DNA of 64,000 nt from the human T2T-CHM13v2.0 reference genome, Homo sapiens: the NCBI RefSeq assembly GCF_009914755.1, contig NC_060942.1; one strand, given 5' to 3'. Shown in pieces: positions 52,660 to 64,000 of this stretch; within the stretch, counting starts at the first letter, position 1, and every line of letters starts with the position of its first letter. The notes under the pieces are model-generated. The model made no database searches. It was given only the letters and a program-made list of their open reading frames with translations, and was not told where the DNA came from. The position numbers and the translations under genes were made by a program.

Positions 52660-52890
52660 TATTTATATGTAAAGCAGGAAGAAGCACAACAGTTACAAGT
52701 TCCAGTGCCCCTGGGAGAGGAAGGTGTGATTATCGCAGGGTAATCTTACCCCTCCAGGTGCAGCTGCCAGGCTCAGCCAGCTGCTGCCCTCAGCTAACCA
52801 GCTGCTTAGAGGACTGTTGCCTTTGGGGTTTGGAGATATGTTCCAGGTTTGGGGACAATTTGGTGAGGCAGCAGGGTGGGAGGCAACTGC
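52660..52890 (-). promoter_or_regulatory. Candidate TATA promoter with E-box cluster
   Basis: TATAAATA (minus) plus CAGGTG 52755 and CAGCTG at 52761, 52778, 52799. Confidence 0.45.
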
Positions 52891-53380
52891 AATTAAAGGG
52901 TCCGCACATAGTATGAGACCTCAAGTGAATCCCTCAGATTCTGTGAAGTAACAATGACAATGGTTCTTTTTCTTGCTGGAAGAGGTTGGGGAGAGAGGTT
53001 TCCCATGGAGAGCCTCTGAAAGGAAGTGAAGAAGGGGAAGCTGTGAGGTTCACACAAGGTAGGAAGGAGCAGGAACCCTCAGCTTTCCTTTCCTGAGTCT
53101 GAATGTCCATCCCTCTGCATGCATAGCTCTGCTGCCAGGCTACCTGCTAGTCTTAGGAGGAAGAGATGATGCTGTTTGTTCCCCAGAATTTCATGGAGGA
53201 ACCAGTTTCCATATACCCATGGGTCTGAAGTTGGCAAAATAAATTTCCTCATTATTTTAGCCTGAGTAGGGTTAAAAATCTTCACATAGAACTTTTCTAT
53301 GAAACAAATGAAAAATGAAAAGCATGCAAACACCTTCATGAAAAAAAATAGGTATTTTATGAAATAACCTAAAGTCCAGT

Positions 53381-53712
53381 TGCTATGGTCTGAATATTTG
53401 TGTCCTCACCAAAATTCATACATTGAAATTTACTTCTAAAGTGATGGTCTTAAGAAGTGGATGTTTGGGAGGTGACATTAGTGCCCTTATAAAAGAGGCC
53501 TGAGAGAGTTTGTGTATGTCTTCTATCTTGTGAGGATGAAGCAAGAAAGTGCTATCTTTGAGATAAAGAGTGAGCCCTCATCAGACATGGGATCTGCTGG
53601 CGCTTTGATCTTGAACATGTCAGCCTCTATAACTGTAAGCAATACATTTCTGTTGTTTATAAATTACCAACTCTAAGGTATGTTGTTATAACAGCCTGAA
53701 CAGACTGAGACA
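53381..53712 (+). mobile_element. MaLR solo LTR (MLT1A-like) with perfect TSD
   Basis: TGCTATGGTCTGAAT...GACTGAGACA; TSD CCAGT both sides. Confidence 0.9.
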
Positions 53713-54714
53713 CCAGTTATAGGTGTGACTGTTTCTACTCTCTTTGTTCATCTAACCTCTATCTGGGTGGAATGCTGAATGGCCTTGAGCTCTGCAAAAG
53801 CTCATTTTGCTTGGCACTGCCACTGACTACGGTGGGACTCTTGACTCTCCCAGAACCTCAACTATTGATATTATTGGTTCAGAATGTAAATTTTCCAAGG
53901 TCTCCTCTAGCCATGAACAGGATACACTTAAAATCTCCAGTCCCCTGGAAAAGAAAAGAAATATGTTATCTGCTTTATAAGGGTCTCCTTATGGCTTTGG
54001 AGCATCTTGAATTATTTTTTAAGTCACCACTTTTACACTTGAAGTCTCTTTGACTTTTGTGTTTGCAATCACTCCTCCAAAGTGACTTTCTCTGTCTGGG
54101 TGGTTTGTTGGTAACACAGTCCCTTGCTTGTCACTTGGCTTCCTCACCTAGTATTCCGAGCCTATATCCAGGCCTAGGGTGACTGATAGTCATATGACTC
54201 AACAGCTTTTACAATCATCCTGCAGCCTGAGTGTCTCAATCTAAGCCCTCTATAAATGAAGAGATGCCTCGAAGTCCTTATTGTTGCAAAGCAATATCTC
54301 TACTTACCCTTCTCTGGCACTCACTGAGAGATCTGGACACCAATAATTACAGAAATTGCTTTCTTTCTGTGGAGAATTGTGGCCACCTCAATGGACCCTT
54401 TGCACTGAGGGGATTTGGGAAGGGAAGTGAAATGGGGCTATAGTAATCAGGGTTCAGTCGTGGAAGCACTACTACCATCAGTATCATGGAATAAAGGAAT
54501 TAAAAGAATTAGACCTTACATAATTGAGAAAGTCACTGGGGAAGTAAACGTCAAAAAGGGGGAGTGGATGGATCAGAGAAAAGTGATTAGTCATGGTGTG
54601 ATGGAATGAGCTGAAGCTGGCAGGAAGGACTTCATAGAGGATATGGGAATTCAGCTGAGTCTCAGGGAGCTATTAGGGTAAGGATAAAGGAAATAGAATG
54701 ATTTGAGCTGCTTG

Positions 54715-54893
54715 TATTTGTTCTCAACCCTGGCAGTACATTAGAATCACCTGGGGAGCTTTTTAACTTCCTGCTACTCAGACTTCATCCCAAGTCAATT
54801 AAATTCAGTCTCAGGAGATGGGGCCTGGGCGTCAGCATTTTCCAAAGCTCCCCCAGGTGATTCTAACCTGCAGGCAGTGTTGAGAATAACCAC
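54715..54893. mobile_element. MER5A-like hAT MITE
   Basis: TTCTCAAC...TTAGAATCACCTGGGGAGCTTT and inverted AAAGCTCCCCCAGGTGATTCTAA...TTGAGAA. Confidence 0.85.
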
Positions 54894-57198
54894 TAAGGTA
54901 GACAGAGCAAGATGAGCAAGACTCTCATTATTTTAATGTTATAATAACACTTAGCATCTGCGAGGTCTTTTCATGTTCTTGGCATTTAACTTGGCATTAA
55001 TATACGAAACATATATTAATTACTTACCAAAAGAAAACCCCAAAAGGCCTTCCCTTGGCCTCAGCCTTAAGCAGGAGGATGAACACCTGGGGGCTCTATC
55101 TGTATATCTGCTGGCAAATGCTCACACCTGAGCCTTCTCGCCCACCCACACAGCAGGAGGAATGATAGCATGCACCAGTAAGCTCCCACAGCTCCCTGCC
55201 CAGACATCCACTGTAGGTGCTATGGAGGTACAGGGTAATGTATCTGTTTCACTTCAGTTTCTCCCAACAGATGGTGTAGCAGGCACGGTGACTTACTCCA
55301 AGTTGTATTCACAGCAGTAAGTACAGTGCCCAGTACATTTTGAGTCACTGAATAAATGAACAAATGAATGAAATAAATTCAGTCAAGGATATCAACTCAT
55401 TTCCAGTATTTCCTGCATCCTGGAGATGTTCTCACGAATTATCTGGCCTCTTGGACTCTAGCTTTTGCCTGGATAGCCAGATAATAACTTCTTGGCAGCT
55501 TATGTCTTTTCTGTCCTCAACGAACTTGATCTCTCTTCTGTGTTCACCTATGAAATGGAAAGGGATTCTCAGCCTTCCCAGTTCTTCTGGGTGCACCTTC
55601 TTACCTAATAGACCTTATACCAAACTGCCAAGTTAGAATCTAGGCAAGAGCTCCAGATTGGGCAGAGCCTCAAAGCTGCCACCTCTGCTCCTGATATCTA
55701 ATTCATCTTTGACAGTTACATAGAATGTACTGAAAGTATACTTTATTCATAGAAAGTTACTTCAGTTTCCACTTTAAAACAGTTTGCCCCCAATATATAC
55801 AGTATCAAGATGGTTAATATGAAAACCAAGGCATCCCCACCAGTAGCAGTTTTAGAAATGTCAGATGTGCCCTGCACAGGTTTTTTTTTTTTTTTTTTAA
55901 TGAACTATTGAACAACATTTCTTCTGGGAAAATATGCCTTTGTCTTTCTCATGTCATCTGAATAATTAAATTTAGTAACTATTTCTGTCTGATCTTGTAT
56001 TTTCTTTTGCTCTGGTATATTATTCTTGTCTCTTCCCAAAAGTGTAAGCTCTTGAAGGCAGGGACAATGTCTTTCACTAAAATATAAACTCCATGAGAAC
56101 AAGGACTTTGTTCTGTTCATTTCAGGGTCTTCTTCTCAGGCTTGTCACAGGACTTAGAACACTTCCTGAAATGTGACAGGTGCTAGACAAACATTTGTTG
56201 TATAAACGTAGTAGCATAGGGATATATTCTTATTATTGAATGTATGTAATTTTCCTGACTTGATAATTTAGATTGATTCATATTTCTTCTCAAAGCCAAT
56301 TGACAAACTTCCAGCTTAGGTTAAATAAACCTTTGGGAAGGTTCTCCAATTTTTCTTTCTGTACTTTTTCTTAACAGCCCAGTATCTGGTATTTCTGGCC
56401 TTAAATCTGGCTACAAAAACAAATTCCCTATATGAGGCTGACCTTACCCTATAAAGTATGACTTTGAGTGAAAGATCACTACTCCAAAAAGACACTTGCT
56501 TTCTTGCAGCCCAGTGAGAGCATTACGTTCTTTTATTAGCTCAGCTCAGTTAAGTTTTGGAAATAAAATAATTAACACAGAAGTATGTATAACTAACAGG
56601 CCTATACTTAATTTTATAAAGTGTCTGCATTTAAAATAAATTAAAGAAAAAACAACTCCTTAGCCCCGAAGAAATTTTAAGAGATGGGACAAACAGTAGT
56701 GAAGAATTTCAGACATTTTTGGCTACAGATGCTTTTTATTGGAAAAGGACTTCTATTATGAGGAAGGCCTTGTTTTGGTCCCAGCTGCATAATCAAAGCC
56801 AATTCCTTTTCCTAGATCTCAAACTTTTTATTGAAAAACAGCTGCCATTGAGCCACAGGAGCAGTTTTCAAATTTACAGTCTTTCTTTTCTTTTTGTGAA
56901 ATGGGGTGGTACAGGGACAGCTATAGGGTTAACTACAAGGAGTCTTTAAATTCACATGTGCCAGTTAGCTGAATGCATAACATCTCATACAAGCTATTTT
57001 AATATACATAGATTCTATTATGGTTAACTAAATACAAAATCGCCTTAGGAAAGTCTTGCCAAATTTAGAGTATTTGCCATTATTCATTTTCTTCTTTATG
57101 TGATGTTAACTGTACAGACACGCCCATATTTATCAATATTGAGAATTGCCAGTCTAAAATAAATCCCTCTAGATCATTTCAGTTGTTTTTAGCCAGAA

Positions 57199-57580
57199 AA
57201 TAGAATTTACTCTGGGTATATAGGGTTTTATGTTAGAAGTAGGTCCTTATCAAACTTTTAAAAGAGCTTGGAAGGCAAAGTTCATGAGAGTCAAAGCTAA
57301 AGATTTCAGCCTAAACCCCTAAAGTTCAAAAGAACTTGCCAGAAAGTCCCTTCAATCCCCAAGATTCTGTATGAAGCCCCCACCAACCAGCCCTGGTCTG
57401 CAGCAGTAAAGAGTGTTTCTCCAGAGCTAACCAGAAAATTCGTGTGAATCTCACATTTACTCACAGACCTGGCTGCAACTGCCTTCAAAGAATAGTGACT
57501 TCCCCTTCTCTTTTGTCTTCCCAATCTTATGTAAGTGGTAAACACTAAACTAAAACTATACGTGAAAAAGAATACTGAAA
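57199..57580 (+). repeat. Copy A of an old ~400-bp direct duplication
   Basis: Collinear similarity to 63209-63602, including exact 17-mer CAAAGAATAGTGACTTC. Confidence 0.75.
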
Positions 57581-58344
57581 CACAAACTTTGGCTTAGGCA
57601 TTAGAGGGGGGTTGTACTGATGGGAACTTTACAGTAGCCAGTGGCATGGACTACCTCTTTTGTCAACTCAGCATCTCCACACACCCATTTTACCCATTTT
57701 TAACCTTCAAATAGGATATTACCATCATTTTGACCTAACATGACACAACTATATCTCATACAACCAAAGACCTGCTTTTTTTCTACCCAATGCGTAGACA
57801 CAAAGCCCTGTGTATTATTTTATCTTTTGGCAATGTCCTTCATTTCGAGGTGCACACCAAATTTTCTTTGGTGTACTATAATTTAAGCCCTGAATTATAG
57901 GATCATTTATAATTAATGCATCTTTTATTACAAAATAGAAGATGGGGAGGTGGGAGGAAGAACTGACGGACATGTAAAGCACATAAAAGCAATGGAGAAA
58001 AACATGCATAACCAGAAAGTTCTCATTTTTGCAACTGATCATGTTGCCAGAGTTAGTTTAATAATTTCCTTCTGCTACCACATATTCTATGTTTCCTTTG
58101 CCCTCAGCAATTTAGTTGGTCATGAATCTTTACCTGGCAGGTTATTCCATGATGATAAGTACAAGAATGGTGGTTTTTCAGATGCTATTGAAGGCATGGA
58201 AAGCAAATACAAATCTAGGCTCTATCTATTGCAGTGAAGATAAATTATTGCCCTTTCTATGATGGAAAAGATTCAATCTAATCACAAAGTGACATATTTT
58301 TCTCCCAAGGAATGGAGCCATATACAGATTTCATTGTTGGTCTT

Positions 58345-58890
58345 TTCTTTTCTTTGTCTTTTTTTACCTTTTAAGTTTAGGGGTACATGCGCTTGTTTGT
58401 TATATAGGTAAACTCATGTCATGGAGGTGTGTTGTACAGATCATTTCATCACCCAGGTATTAAGCCAAGTATCCATTAGTTATTTTTCCTGATCCTCTCC
58501 CTCCTCACACCCTCCATCTTCCAGTAGGCCTCAGTGTTTTTTGTTCTCTATGTGTCCATGTGTTCTCATCATTAAGCTCCCACTTATAAGTGAGAACATG
58601 TGATATTTGGTGATCTGTTCTGTTAGTTTGCTAAGGATAATGGCCTCCAGCTTCATCCATGCTCCCACAAAGGACATACATGTCCTCATTTTTTTATGGC
58701 TGTATAGTATTCCATGCTATTTATGTATCACATTTTCTTTATCCAGTTGTCCATTGATGGGCATTTAGGTTGGTTTCACGTCCTTGCTATTGTGAATAGT
58801 GCTGTAATGAATATACATATGCATATGTCTTTATAATAGAACAATTTGTGTTCCTTTGTGCATATACCTAGTAATGGGATTACTGGGCAT
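58345..58890 (-). mobile_element. L1PA (older primate, L1PA13-16-like) 3' end
   Basis: TTTTAAGTTTAGGGGTACATG...GCTCCCACTTATAAGTGAGAACATG...TACCTAGTAATGGGATT. Confidence 0.9.
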
Positions 58891-59539
58891 TGCTGGTCTT
58901 TTCTACAAGCAAGTTTGGCATTCAGCTGCACCATGGCCAGATCAGCCTTAATGAAAGCCCATGTTGTCATGCTTGTGCAAAACCCCAACCCTGTCATCAT
59001 GGGCCCGCTATGGGCAAAAAACCATCGAGCTATGGCTGGAGTATCTGGGGAAGGAGGCTAACTGACATACACGGCACATGTCTTCTTCTCTACCTGAACT
59101 TTAAGAACCATTTCAGCTCTTTACTGAACATTTAAGTGGGACATACATATCCCTATATTTTCTACTTATTCGGTGAGATCTTTTCACAAATTTCTTCCCA
59201 GACTTTGTTATCACTAACGTGCTAATCTTGTTTTCTACTAAGTACGTGACCACCTAGCCTAATCATCCCTGTGTGCCCTTAGCCATCTTTTCTTCAGCAA
59301 AAATGAACAAAAAAGTTCAATGCTCAAAATTCTGCCCCCTTAGAGAATTTCTCTTCACCACTATCCTTCAATGCTGTCCTTAGTGGGGCCATTCTACTCA
59401 GCCATTCATTTTGGGGGTGGTGCCACCATATTGGACAGAATTATCAGGAAAACGGGTCCATTTCTTCTTCTTTAGTCGATGGTAATAGAAATCTTCCCAT
59501 ACAGCCATGTGTTGGTTGAGTCAGCAATAATAAGTGCCA

Positions 59540-60066
59540 TGGAAGTGTATATATATTATTAAATTTGGCAAGGATCCTTTGAAGCTCTTGCCATTAAGAA
59601 ATGTAATCTATTTTTCAATCTCTTGAATCTGAGCTCTTCTTATTACCCTTGCTATTAAATAGAATTCAGCAGAGATAACTTTGAATTCTGAACATAGGCC
59701 TTAAGAATCCTTGAGGCTTCTACATTTATATTTCTTGGAACTCTGAATTGTCCATGTGAAAAAAGCCTGGGCTAGCCTTCTGCATGACAGTAGAAACATA
59801 ATCCAGTCACCTCCATTGCCTCAGCTGATAGCCTGTCAACAGCCACACATGTGAGTGAGATCACCCTAAATATGCCAGCTGTAAACTGACCTTCCAGGTA
59901 ACAGCAGACATATGAGCAAAGCTAGCAGAGATAAGTGAAGTTGCCACAGACCAGAAGAATGATCTAACTGATCGACAAATTGTGGAAATCATAATATAAA
60001 TTAATGGTTGCATTTTAAGCCATTAAATTTGAAATGTCACGCTATTCAGTTTAGGTAACTGATATA
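59540..60066 (+). mobile_element. MaLR LTR (MLT1F/G-like) inserted in the ERVL pol
   Basis: AGGCCTTAAGA, CCATGTGAA, ACATGTGAGTGAG, TTTTAAGCCA, GTAACTGATATA end. Confidence 0.7.
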
Positions 60067-60571
60067 GAGTCAGCCATGTGCTCATACACCTCAATTATGT
60101 ATCCAAAAACCTTCTCAAGCCTAAACTTGTATATCCTACTTCCACGGAATGACAGAATGCTGTGTATGCCCAGATTCAAGACTTTGTGGGTCATATGGTA
60201 ACCAGTTAAAGATGAATAGTTCATGTCACATAGCAACTTTGTGTCCTATAATTAAGTATTCATCTCTATCAGGGCCCTGTAGAAATCAGAAGCTGCTTTC
60301 AAAAGAACTATAGCTAAGTGCAAAAAAACCAGTATAGCTTTGCTCCAAATCTGTATATATTTGAGTTATAATTCTTTTGTTGGAATCACACAGCCTTCCC
60401 TATCTTTCAACGATACTGTGAGCACTTTGGATCTGCTTGATCCTATATCTCAAGAATCAGAAAACCTGGTGTCTGCCACAGAGCCTTATTTTTATCGGGA
60501 CCCAACTCAAAACTGGCATCAAATAAAGGGGTCAGGATAGTGTGCACTCATCTAGCATGTGATGTTTCTAG

Positions 60572-60962
<391 letters not shown>

Positions 60963-63208
60963 TGTGCTCCTTTCTTAAAGATAGTATGTACGAGATTCAG
61001 AAATTTGTTCTTCATCATGGCGGGGAAACTTGGCGGGGAAACTTGGCAGGGAAAGAGAGGGAAGGCTGTGTAATCCAGACCATTGGATACCTAAAAACTT
61101 CCTCAAGATGGATGATACCTGAATTTTTACGGGTTTGATTTTTCTAACTTCTGGCATGCTTATTACTTCCAAGACATCTAGGGCATTGTCTATGTCATGA
61201 TCATCATTTCCAAGCAGCATGATGTAATTAATCTTACAGATTATCATCATGCCCTGTGTGATGGTGAGACAATCAAGATCCCTGGGAACTAAATCATGAT
61301 AAAGAGTTAATACAGCCTGAAGTAAGTCAGTGAATGTATATTGCTATCCATGACAAGCAAAAGTAAACTGTAAAAATGTTTGCTAACAGGTACAGAATCA
61401 AAAAAAAAAAAAAATCACCAGAGCAATAGCTTAATACTAGGCATCAGGAATTTAGATGGTTTGTTCAAGTAAAAAAACAAACAAAAACAAATCAAAGCAA
61501 ACAACAAAATACTACATCTAAAACAGCAGCTATATTTAGAGCTACCACCCAAGTTCAGAAATATTTATTTTATTCTCTAAATTTCATCTATCTTTTAGAC
61601 AGGCCAAGTAGGCATATTTCAAATCTTTGATAATACTACTAATCTGAAATTTCCTCTAGTACATTATACTGATTTTGGTTTTCTGCTTTGTTAGGGATAA
61701 ACTCTTACTTGGTCCTTCTTATCACTGTAGCTATCTTTTCACAGGTTAGGAAACCAATAGGAAAATTTTGTCATTTTCCAAGTATGTCTATTCCAACTAT
61801 TTATTCAGGAACTGGGAAAATAACTAATGGTGTTTTGGGGAATCACGAACACATTCTGAGATAGGACTTAAGCCAAAATGGCATTCATTGCTTAATTTTT
61901 GCTAGTTTCTACTCTAAATTTGTAGAATAAATTGGCATTTTGAATACCCTAGAATTAGCATCAATTCAGATGTTAAGTAATCACTCAGAATTCTTAGTAT
62001 TCCCCAAGGCAGAGAACCCTTTATTAATGACTACAAGTCAATTTGAGGAAAAGCAGGTAGAAGAGTCATGTTATAAACATTGGCAGTGGAGCAGAGTCCT
62101 CCTTCAAGATGCCACAGCTTTCCCTTTACTTAGGAATCTTGGCATCTGTGAAGTGAAGTCTAAGAATTGTGAGAGTCCATGATTTCTATTGTAGTTACTC
62201 AACTTCAACATTATGTGCTTTACTCTCTGGTCTAACACCTATAGTCCATTTCCACACCTAAACCACTATACGTTGACAAAATATTTTGATTCTTCTTGTA
62301 TGAGTGGAACTTTGGCCCTAACAAGAAGTTAAATTTTATCTTATTCTCCCAGGTTTTATCAGGATTTGAGTGTGATTATGGGTTTGGAAGCAAAGAACGG
62401 TGATGGGTGGGCCTTCAAGAGAATCATGATTCCTTTGCAAGGTCAATGCCTGAGTTGATATTTTTACAGGGTGGTCAGGCAGGAAAGGAAGCACCACAGC
62501 TTCTTCTGGCAACAGAGGCCTGGCAGGTTTGGGGTGTTCAAGGTATTTGGATTCATTGAAATCTGCCCAAGTTTCTCCTCTATATTTCCAACGTGCCAGT
62601 CTTTCTTGATTAATTCTGTATCTTTGATATAAGGGACTTAATAAGTCTGTACATTCATTTTGAATATAAATTTACCCACTCTCAGGATTATAATTTTAGT
62701 TGATTTTTGGAAATATTTGCCCAATGGCTATGAGAAATATAAGACTCCTTCGACACAGTAACTGAAGTCATACTCTATAGTATTTAAAGCATTCCTTGAA
62801 TAACTAATTTAAAACCGTGACATTGTCTTTCTTTTTCCAAGTTCTACATTATATTCAGAAATAGCCAACCCCACCCCACATTCCTGGTATTCTTTATTTC
62901 TATCATAAAGTTCAGTTACTGCTATTGCTACTTTGCCTTCCAAAGTCTTGCCTTCTACAGCTACATAACTCCAGGAAATCAGAAGTGGTAATGTAAATAG
63001 CTGTTTTGCTGCTGCATGCCATGCGTGTACTATCAGTGACCCATTTTGAGCTGCTGTTGAAATTGTTAGTGCTTTCCACTATGATCACATCAAAGAATCA
63101 ATTTGTCACTTTCATCCCTAGCATTCTAATAGCCCCAAACCACCTACAGTTAAAAAACAAAAACAAACAAACAAACAAAAAACTATCTATGTTAAAGTTC
63201 GATTAAGC

Positions 63209-63602
63209 AATAGGAGTCACTCTATTTCAAGTATAAAGGACTTAAATCAGGAAATAGTAGCTTAACTACTGGAAGAACTTGGAAGCACAGGTTGGGGAAG
63301 TTGACACTAAAGATCTTACCTGAACTACCAAAGCAGAAAGTTTGGAGAGCTCTCTGGAACACTGTTTCTATTCTTAAAAATTCCTGAGAAGTTTGTATCT
63401 CTTTGTTGTCAGCAGTGAACCAAGTGATTCTCTAGGACTCACCAAGAAGTTACTGTGAGCCACTCTTCTGTTCATGAATCTGGCTGCAGTGACCTCCAAA
63501 GAATAGTGACTTCTCTTCCTTTTTCCTATTTCCAGATGACAGGCAAATGCCTCTCACTGACAGACTCAAACCTGACACCATATAGAGAAGAAGATTCTGA
63601 AA
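63209..63602 (+). repeat. Copy B of an old ~400-bp direct duplication
   Basis: Collinear similarity to 57199-57580. Confidence 0.75.
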
Positions 63603-64000
63603 AAAGGAGTCTCTCACTTCCCCTTTACAATGCAGAAGACACCAAAGATGAAAGTAGTAATATCAAATTTGCTAAGGACACTCCAACAAAATGATCTAGC
63701 ACTTTTATGTGAAAGACCCTTAAACCATGAATTAGAAAATGGATACTGTATCCTATAGTTTCCACTGACTTTGTTTCATCTGCCTAAACCTTACCCAGGC
63801 ACTCCCATTGAAAGTGGGAATTTTTCTTGGCCACTCACCCTGAGAAACACTGAAAAAGAGAGACACTGTGGGGGGGCAAAAAAAAATTTATTCAGTCATC
63901 CCAGGTGTGGTGATGATGATAGTATTTCAATGAATCTTCATTGTTCAGTTCAAAATGGAAAGGCATCCAGAGGCTTAAAACAGGAGCTAATATTTGGAAC

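Noticed and set aside
62353-63694. Plus-strand acceptor-like sites at 62352, 62469 and 63535
   Set aside because: No convincing paired donors or recognisable coding frame.

Overview
Primate (most likely human) non-coding genomic DNA, AT-rich and dense in repeats. It contains Alu/FLAM SINEs, MIR/L2 remnants, nested L1s, MaLR and ERV1/ERVL LTRs, decayed ERVL pol, hAT and Tigger DNA-transposon relics, and microsatellites. No protein-coding exon or gene could be recognised: the supplied ORFs are repeat-derived or look like chance ORFs. The most conspicuous element is an intact solo LTR12C (ERV9) at 7704-9190 with a CCAT target-site duplication. In unique DNA, three CpG-retaining patches each carry a strong minus-strand splice donor (6645, 32586, 52529), suggesting alternative first exons of an unidentified minus-strand gene. 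There are also plus-strand splice signals that could belong to an antisense or LTR-driven transcript. Structures not explained by standard repeats: an old ~400-bp duplication (57.2 kb / 63.2 kb), a 76-bp locally templated insertion in an L1, a 48-bp x4 minisatellite, and a microhomology-joined deletion of an L1 RT region. Repeat subfamily names come from visual recognition, and boundaries without TSDs are approximate.
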